From a virus (taxonomy: Duplodnaviria; Heunggongvirae; Uroviricota; Caudoviricetes): 5,399 nt of DNA. Below, piece after piece: positions 1-5,399 of this stretch. The translations under genes were made by a program, and so were the position numbers. The stretch lies in IMG/VR virus record IMGVR_UViG_2671180636_000008; one strand, written 5' to 3'. The notes under the pieces are model-generated. The model did not search any database, was not told where the DNA came from, and saw only the letters and a program-made list of their open reading frames with translations. The stretch's first letter is position 1, and the number at the start of each line of letters is the position of its first letter.

Positions 1-1
1 A

Positions 2-229
2 ATGGGGTGCTTGATGAAAACTATCACAGTACAACTTCAGACTAATAAAGCATTTCGTTATTTTGAAAACTTGCTTGAGTTATACGAAGGATGGGGAAGT
101 ATCCACGGCAAAGATGATATCTATCTTCACTTGTCAGCCCCTAACTATTCTCTGAAGACTCCGGTTAAGCAAAGCTGGTTAAAAGACTACGGTCACCAGA
201 TGGGGCTATTAGTCTCAGACTTGAGCTAA
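2..229 (+). CDS. hypothetical protein, possibly 5'-truncated at the window edge
   Basis: Frame open from the window edge; ATG at 2-4 and in-frame ATG at 14-16; stop TAA 227-229. Same orientation as all downstream genes. No motif I recognise. The true start may lie upstream of the window. Confidence 0.5.
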   Translation: MGCLMKTITVQLQTNKAFRYFENLLELYEGWGSIHGKDDIYLHLSAPNYSLKTPVKQSWLKDYGHQMGLLVSDLS

Positions 230-273
230 AAACAGCAAAACATATCTCTCAGGCTTTACCAGACGCACCAGAA

Positions 274-344
274 ACGTTTTTAAGCCCCTAATCAGGGTAA
301 CTTAGGGAATCGCCTTAAGTGGTCTAAAAAAGGGGTTAAAACGT
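274..344 (+). promoter_or_regulatory. imperfect long-range inverted repeat / structured element in the spacer upstream of CDS 376
   Basis: ACGTTTTTAAGCCCC (274-288) is complementary to GGGGTTAAAACGT (332-344) with two 1-nt bulges (about 13 bp). The enclosed segment carries CCCTA (286-290)/TAGGG (303-307) and CCCT (285-288)/AGGG (294-297) complementarity. No T-tract follows, so it is not a canonical intrinsic terminator. Function unknown. Confidence 0.3.
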
Positions 345-375
345 CTTAGAATGCGATACAGGAAGGATTTTAAAA

Positions 376-708
376 ATGAATTACCCAATGCAAATTATGG
401 TTGACCAAGAAACCATGAATTGGTTGATTGACCTGAACAGGTCGGGCTTTAATATCTATTTCATGCATTGTTTTGAAGCGTCAACGTATATTGACAAGCA
501 TATAATCAACGAAATTAAACTTGGTGACNNNNNNNNNNNNNNNNNNNNNNNNNNNNNNNNNNNNNNNNTGGAAGTAACAGACCCATACAATAAGCGCTTT
601 ATCATTGAAGAGTGCAATCGACTTGATTTAAGCCCTGAGCAATTATTGAAGCTGAATGTATTCTTGACCTATCAGAATGAATTAAACCCTTACAGCGAGG
701 TGATGTAA
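376..708 (+). CDS. hypothetical protein (110 aa; 13 codons masked)
   Basis: ATG 376 preceded by Shine-Dalgarno-like AGGAAGGA (359-366) with a 9-nt spacer; stop TAA 706-708. The N block 530-568 is 39 nt, so the frame is preserved. No recognisable family. Confidence 0.6.
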   Translation: MNYPMQIMVDQETMNWLIDLNRSGFNIYFMHCFEASTYIDKHIINEIKLGDXXXXXXXXXXXXXXEVTDPYNKRFIIEECNRLDLSPEQLLKLNVFLTYQNELNPYSEVM

Positions 709-785
709 TGACACTCGTTATTCTCTGGATGACTTTAGGGTTATTTGTTGGTTGCTGGGTAGGTAATACGGTAAATAAGAATTGA
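708..785 (+). CDS. candidate micro-ORF: 25-aa hydrophobic single-helix peptide, translationally coupled to the upstream CDS
   Basis: ATG 708-710 overlaps the upstream stop (TAATG); GAGGTG (697-702) sits 5 nt upstream. Encodes MTLVILWMTLGLFVGCWVGNTVNKN, one hydrophobic stretch followed by a polar tail; stop TGA 783-785. Too short for the ORF track; coding status is unproven. Confidence 0.35.
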   Translation: MTLVILWMTLGLFVGCWVGNTVNKN

Positions 786-809
786 TGTTACCAATCTGTT
801 AAAAAGCTG

Positions 810-838
810 TTGACAAATAACCTTAAGCATGAGATGAT
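810..838 (+). promoter_or_regulatory. candidate sigma70-type promoter (weak -10)
   Basis: TTGACA (810-815), 17-nt spacer, GATGAT (833-838; 4 of 6 matches to TATAAT). Oriented towards CDS 1184. Consensus -35 but poor -10; speculative. Confidence 0.2.
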
Positions 839-846
839 GGTAATAG

Positions 847-863
847 GGAAGAGCAACTCTTCC
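847..863 (+). promoter_or_regulatory. short perfect hairpin (7-bp stem, 3-nt loop)
   Basis: GGAAGAG (847-853) - CAA - CTCTTCC (857-863), exact reverse complements. No following T-tract on either strand. Sits just downstream of the candidate promoter. Confidence 0.4.
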
Positions 864-917
864 TGAATTAAACTATTAATCATTCTACATCAATGATAGT
901 TATTCTGAAAGGTGCAA

Positions 918-971
918 TGCTTTTCGCTACATGACCTTTCAGGTTAGTCTGAGAGGTCATCTCGAAAAGTA
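918..971 (+). promoter_or_regulatory. long imperfect hairpin (about 21 bp paired with an internal loop); candidate RNA processing or regulatory structure
   Basis: Inner stem ATGACCTTTCAG (931-942) / CTGAGAGGTCAT (949-960): 12 bp with one G-U pair, 6-nt loop GTTAGT. Outer stem TGCTTTTCG (918-926) / CGAAAAGTA (963-971): 9 bp with one G-U pair. The two stems are separated by an asymmetric internal loop (CTAC / CT). No flanking T-tract. Confidence 0.5.
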
Positions 972-986
972 CTCTTGTTCATTCGT

Positions 987-1008
987 TTGAATCCTTTTTG
1001 AATCCTTT
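987..1008. repeat. tandem direct repeat, 2 x 11 bp (TTGAATCCTTT)
   Basis: TTGAATCCTTT at 987-997 is immediately repeated at 998-1008, exact, in non-coding DNA. Confidence 0.7.
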
Positions 1009-1108
1009 AGATGTTTTAATTTCTTCACCTTATGAATGGCCCTTTATAAGAAATTATCTAGGGCTATTCAGCTTTTAAAAAGCATACTTGGCAAACCGCC
1101 TTTTAAGT

Positions 1109-1175
1109 CTCTTCTAAGTTTAGATAGGCTGTCAGGTGTGCTTTTTAAAAACTGAAACACTTCCGCTTAGAAGAG
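1109..1175 (+). promoter_or_regulatory. 10-bp inverted repeat whose 3' arm overlaps the ribosome-binding site of CDS 1184
   Basis: CTCTTCTAAG (1109-1118) is the exact reverse complement of CTTAGAAGAG (1166-1175), with a 47-nt spacer. The 3' arm covers part of the Shine-Dalgarno GAGGA (1173-1177), which lies 6 nt before ATG 1184. Confidence 0.35.
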
Positions 1176-1183
1176 GAAAAGCA

Positions 1184-2191
1184 ATGACAAATGATATTTA
1201 CATTAATGGCAAAGTGATTGATAGCTTCAGTGACTGGTCGCCACAGACTGAACATCCAGCTATCACTATTCAGCGTAAAGAGCATGACAAGCGTATTGAG
1301 CTTGAGCAATCGCTAAAGATGTCACCAAAAACAACCATCTTTGTGTCTCCTGAGCCTCAAGAGATGCCTGATATTTGCAAGAGTGAAGCATTACTTGAGC
1401 TTGAAAAGAAATATTACCAACTGCTGAAAGAACAGCGCCTTAGATTAGATGACGCTTACAGCAAAGTTACCTTGATGCAATCAGCTATTGAGCCGTCAGA
1501 ATTTGAGATTCAGGATGAATTGTCACAGAAACCATTTGTCTATTACCAATACGAAGATAATGATGGTTTTGGTACTTTTCAAGAAAACGTCGCAGCCGTG
1601 ATTAGTAGTCTTCCTGCTGGACATCGAATTGTGAAGATGGTTAAGGCATCAAGAGGTGCTGGTCAGTTTATTTACATGACTAATAAGAGCGATGAAGAAC
1701 TCGCTGAAATTGCTAGACAGAACATNNNNNNNNNNNNNNNNNNNNNNNNNNNNNNNNNNNNNNNNNNNNNNNNNNNNNNNNNNNNNNNNNNNNNNNNNNN
1801 NNNNNNNNNNNNNNNNNNNNNNNNNNNNNNNNNNNNNNNNNNNNNNNNNNNNNNNNNNNNNNNNNNNNNNNNNNNNNNNNNNNNNNNNNNNNNNNNNNNN
1901 NNNNNNNNNNNNNNNNNNNNNNNNNNNNNNNNNNNNNNNNNNNNNNNNNNNNNNNNNNNNNNNNNNNNNNNNNNNNNNNNNNNNNNNNNNNNNNNNNNNN
2001 NNNNNNNNNNNNNNNNNNNNNNNNNNNNNNNNNNNNNNNNNNNNNNNNNNNNNNNNNNNNNNNNNNNNNNNNNNNNNNNNNNNTCTAAGCAAAAGAATAG
2101 AATCAGGAAAATAGCTAAGTGGTGTCTTGATAAATTACCAAGTGATTGTCAGATTGTTGGTGAAGATGGTAATTATTATCTGGTTAGGTAA
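1184..2191 (+). CDS. hypothetical protein (about 335 aa if continuous across masked block 1726-2083)
   Basis: ATG 1184 with GAGGA 6 nt upstream; the ORF-track start at GTG 1136 is less likely. The frame is open up to the mask, and after it only this same frame is open; stop TAA 2189-2191. The visible N-terminal 180 aa includes a helical-looking stretch (EALLELEKKYYQLLKEQRLRLDD); no family recognised. One gene versus two genes across the mask cannot be decided. Confidence 0.5.
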   Translation: MTNDIYINGKVIDSFSDWSPQTEHPAITIQRKEHDKRIELEQSLKMSPKTTIFVSPEPQEMPDICKSEALLELEKKYYQLLKEQRLRLDDAYSKVTLMQSAIEPSEFEIQDELSQKPFVYYQYEDNDGFGTFQENVAAVISSLPAGHRIVKMVKASRGAGQFIYMTNKSDEELAEIARQNXXXXXXXXXXXXXXXXXXXXXXXXXXXXXXXXXXXXXXXXXXXXXXXXXXXXXXXXXXXXXXXXXXXXXXXXXXXXXXXXXXXXXXXXXXXXXXXXXXXXXXXXXXXXXXXXXXXXXXXXSKQKNRIRKIAKWCLDKLPSDCQIVGEDGNYYLVR

Positions 2192-2231
2192 CAAGATTGG
2201 TTGGGTGAAAATCTACGGGAGAGATTATCGA

Positions 2232-4496
2232 GTGATATCGGTAGTCTTTCCCTTTTTCGTATATGAACNNNNNNNNNNNNNNNNNNNNNNNNNNNNNNNN
2301 NNNNNNNNNNNNNNNNNNNNNNNNNNNNNNNNNNNNNNNNNNNNNNNNNNNNNNNNNNNNNNNNNNNNNNNNNNNNNNNNNNNNNNNNNNNNNNNNNNNN
2401 NNNNNNNNNNNNNNNNNNNNNNNNNNNNNNNNNNNNNNNNNNNNNNNNNNNNNNNNNNNNNNNNNNNNNNNNNNNNNNNNNNNNNNNNNNNNNNNNNNNN
2501 NNNNNNNNNNNNNNNNNNNNNNNNNNNNNNNNNNNNNNNNNNNNNNNNNNNNNNNNNNAAAGCATTTCAGTTTGCCACCAGATTTAATGACACTGTTAAT
2601 CCTCCAAAACAATCAAGGCAACCACGAATTAGCGGAAACAGAGCAATCACAGCAGCGCATAGCGTGAATATGTCTAAGCTTGGTGATATTAATCCGCTGA
2701 TGGCTAAAATGTTTAAAGCACAGTATTACAGCTTAAGCGGTAAGGCTGGTAATATTGGAAGTGAAAAGTTTAACGCTGAACTTGCAAAATTAAATCAATC
2801 TCTTCGTGAAACGTTGAATAAACTCAGGTCACAGACAAAGACCGCCAGCATTAACAATACAAGCGACGCATTTAATAATCTTGCAAGCAATGCGATTAAA
2901 TTATCTGGTGCATTTTACTCTGTGATGGGTGCTCTTAACGCTTACAAGGCCATTATGAATGCAGGTCTTAAACGAGATTCCGCACAGAGAGCCGCTAAGT
3001 TTGTACTTGGTGATAAAGCATCTGAAGCTGAGGTATTTATTCGAAATTTAGCAGACAAGACAGGTCTTAATATCTCTGAAGGGCTATCAAGCTACGCTAA
3101 GTTTGCAGCAGGTGCTCAGGGTTCTATGTCACAGGAACAGACACAGGAGCTATTTGGTAATGCAACGGCTATGAGTCGCTTAATGGGGCTTTCTAACGAT
3201 GAGCTAAACGGCATTTTGAGAGCATTTGAGCAGATGGCGAGCAAGGGCAAGATTCAGGCTGAGGAATTACGTGGGCAGTTAGGTGACCGTATGGCTGGTG
3301 CATTTAAGCTATTCGCTGAAGCATTGGGTATGACTGCTACAGAGCTTGATGCAGCCATGAAAAACGGGAAGGTACTTTCCGCTGATACTCTCCCTAAAGT
3401 CGCTAAACAGATGGGCTTGATGATTGATAAAGCGGGTGGCTGGGCTGAAGTCACTAAGAGCACTCAGACAGCTTTAGGTAAGTTAGCAAACAATTGGGAT
3501 GATACGATGGTGAAAATCTTCTCAGGTTCACAGGATGAGCTAAACGGCTTCTTATCCAGCCTGAGTAACCTGCTTAGTGAAATGGGGATGAGTTCTTCTA
3601 TCGCTGGTGATGCTATCGGTGGACTTATCGACATGCTTAAAGCTGGTGTAGATGATATTCGCGTATTCAATAACACCATTGAAGGCTGGATTTTACAGAC
3701 TAAGAAGTTCTATTACAGCCTTGATGACACTAAACGAAAACTACTTGATGAAGTCGGTGATGGTTTTATCAACTTCGTCAAAGGTCTTGCTATAGCGTTA
3801 TCTGCAAAGACGCTATTCAGTGCTACTACAGGGGTTATGAACCTGACAAGAGCAATCACAACGTTAGGTACAAGAGCTAATCAGGTGGCTGGTCAGGTAG
3901 CTACTGGTAAAGGTGGTGGAAAACTGAAAGGTGTAGCTGGTGGTGTAGGTAGTGCTCTTGCAATTGGTTATGCTGATGACGGTTATGAAACAGCGTTAGC
4001 ATTAGCTTCAATGATTCCACAAATCAGAGGCGTCACTCTTGGTTTATATGCATTGAAGAAAGCACTGGATTTTATGAATCAGGAAGTAGTCAAAAACGCT
4101 AATATGCATCCGTCTGGGGTAGGTGTGGGTAGTGACTTTAATCCCGTGTATTCTGGTGACCCTAATAAACCGAATATGATTAACGAAGGATGGAGTAGAA
4201 TTTTTAGTTCAATGGGTGAATTGTTTAACAATGCCACAATGAATATTGCAAGATTCAATCATCCAGAGTTAAACAACATTAAGCAAGATTCAGCATTAAC
4301 GAGTGCAGATATTCAGGGTCTGAGGGATGAAATTAGTGCTTTGAGTAAGCGTATTCAGGAGCCAGTGAAAGTTTCACTTGGTGGTCAAGTTGTCGTTCGA
4401 CCAGATGAACCATCTTTCTTTACTTTCAATCAATCAGCTAATGACCAGTTCACGCAGGATATGCTCTTAAGTTCAAGCTATCCAGAGGAAGAATGA
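2232..4496 (+). CDS. phage tail tape measure protein (start unresolved: TTG 2127, ATG 2166, GTG 2232 or inside masked block 2269-2558)
   Basis: Frame is continuous from 2115 to stop TGA 4494-4496 if the mask hides no stop. Conserved tape-measure core at about 3244-3413 (GKIQAEELRGQLGDRMAGAFKLFAEALGMTATELDAAMKNGKVLSADTLPKVAKQM). Gly-rich segment GQVATGKGGGKLKGVAGGVGSALAIGY and a hydrophobic stretch ALALASMIPQIRGVTLGLYAL. Position in a unidirectional late-gene-like cluster. GTG 2232 is preceded by GGGAGAG (2217-2223). The first unmasked in-frame ATG (2670) has no Shine-Dalgarno. Confidence 0.8.
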   Translation: MISVVFPFFVYEXXXXXXXXXXXXXXXXXXXXXXXXXXXXXXXXXXXXXXXXXXXXXXXXXXXXXXXXXXXXXXXXXXXXXXXXXXXXXXXXXXXXXXXXXXXXXXXXXKAFQFATRFNDTVNPPKQSRQPRISGNRAITAAHSVNMSKLGDINPLMAKMFKAQYYSLSGKAGNIGSEKFNAELAKLNQSLRETLNKLRSQTKTASINNTSDAFNNLASNAIKLSGAFYSVMGALNAYKAIMNAGLKRDSAQRAAKFVLGDKASEAEVFIRNLADKTGLNISEGLSSYAKFAAGAQGSMSQEQTQELFGNATAMSRLMGLSNDELNGILRAFEQMASKGKIQAEELRGQLGDRMAGAFKLFAEALGMTATELDAAMKNGKVLSADTLPKVAKQMGLMIDKAGGWAEVTKSTQTALGKLANNWDDTMVKIFSGSQDELNGFLSSLSNLLSEMGMSSSIAGDAIGGLIDMLKAGVDDIRVFNNTIEGWILQTKKFYYSLDDTKRKLLDEVGDGFINFVKGLAIALSAKTLFSATTGVMNLTRAITTLGTRANQVAGQVATGKGGGKLKGVAGGVGSALAIGYADDGYETALALASMIPQIRGVTLGLYALKKALDFMNQEVVKNANMHPSGVGVGSDFNPVYSGDPNKPNMINEGWSRIFSSMGELFNNATMNIARFNHPELNNIKQDSALTSADIQGLRDEISALSKRIQEPVKVSLGGQVVVRPDEPSFFTFNQSANDQFTQDMLLSSSYPEEE

Positions 4497-4508
4497 TTTA
4501 ACGGTGTT

Positions 4509-4561
4509 CTACGTGAATAAAGCAAAGTTAATACCCACACCAAAAATTATTTTTCACGTAG
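4509..4561 (+). promoter_or_regulatory. 9-bp perfect inverted repeat with 35-nt spacer immediately downstream of the tape measure gene
   Basis: CTACGTGAA (4509-4517) and TTCACGTAG (4553-4561) are exact reverse complements. The spacer is AT-rich and ends in TTATTTTT. Not a canonical terminator, since the T-run precedes rather than follows the 3' arm. Confidence 0.3.
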
Positions 4562-4592
4562 CTCACGCTTAACAGAGAAAATACATATATAT

Positions 4593-5020
<428 letters not shown>

Positions 5021-5264
5021 NNNNNNNNNNNNNNNNNNNNNNNNNNNNNNNNNNNNNNNNNNNNNNNNNNNNNNNNNNNNNNNNNNNNNNNNNNNNNNNN
5101 NNNNNNNNNNNNNNNNNNNNNNNNNNNNNNNNNNNNNNNNNNNNNNNNNNNNNNNNNNNNNNNNNNNNNNNNNNNNNNNNNNNNNNNNNNNNNNNNNNNN
5201 NNNNNNNNNNNNNNNNNNNNNNNNNNNNNNNNNNNNNNNNNNNNNNNNNNNNNNNNNNNNNNGG

Positions 5265-5399
5265 AAGCTGGACTATTCAGACTTAACAGAAGCTGAAAAA
5301 ACCAACGTCACCAATGCTAATAGTAACGCTGGTCGAGTAGCTTCAAAGCTTAAAAAGTACTCAGTGTGCAAAATGGCATCTGAATCGATCGCAGTTTGG
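5265..5399 (+). CDS. partial ORF of unknown function, open to the window end
   Basis: After the mask only this frame is open (KLDYSDLTEAEKTNVTNANSNAGRVASKLKKYSVCKMASESIAVW); the other two + frames stop at 5284-5286 and 5294-5296. Its frame differs from the open frame before the mask. Start unknown (inside the mask, or ATG 5382). Confidence 0.3.

Noticed and set aside
491-506. Perfect TTGACA and TATAAT hexamers
   Set aside because: They are separated by only 4 nt (a functional sigma70 promoter needs about 16-18) and lie inside CDS 376..708; chance occurrence in AT-rich coding sequence.
847-971. Hairpins as Rho-independent terminators
   Set aside because: None of the stems is followed by a T-tract on either strand.
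1649-2667. ORF-track entries made largely of X residues (minus 1649..2092, 2176..2565, 2184..2612; plus 1692..2114, 2263..2667)
   Set aside because: They exist only because N runs translate to X and cannot contain stops; there is no sequence evidence for them.
3254-3679. Two minus-strand ORFs (3254..3463, 3464..3679) inside the tape measure gene
   Set aside because: They are antisense to a well-supported conserved coding region, have no ribosome-binding site context, and are Ala/Ser/Pro-rich, typical of reverse-complement shadow frames.
2670-4496. ATG 2670 as the tape measure start
   Set aside because: There is no Shine-Dalgarno upstream and the same frame is open for over 180 codons upstream (through the mask), so an upstream start is more plausible.

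Overview
5399-nt AT-rich window with four N-masked blocks (530-568, 1726-2083, 2269-2558, 5021-5262). All convincing coding capacity is on the + strand. The content fits the tail-morphogenesis region of a tailed phage, prophage or phage-tail-like element. The central gene (stop TGA 4494-4496) is a phage tail tape measure protein, recognised from its conserved core motif (...GKIQAEELRGQLGDRMAGAFKLFAEALGMTATELDAAMKNGKVLSADTLPKVAKQ...) and a Gly-rich/hydrophobic C-terminal part; its start is hidden by masking. Upstream lie genes of unknown function (2..229, 376..708, a translationally coupled 25-aa hydrophobic micro-ORF 708..785, and 1184..2191) and a ~400-nt non-coding spacer (786..1183) dense in hairpins and repeats. 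Downstream, a well-initiated small ORF (4653..4805) stops and the reading frame continues in +1 with no start codon, so this gene is frameshifted (programmed shift, pseudogene or sequence error). No rRNA, tRNA, CRISPR array, transposase or integrase was recognised. I cannot name any complete novel system from this sequence; the frameshifted gene, the structured spacer and the micro-ORF are the most unusual signals. Everything inside the masked blocks is unknowable, and gene boundaries that cross them are provisional.
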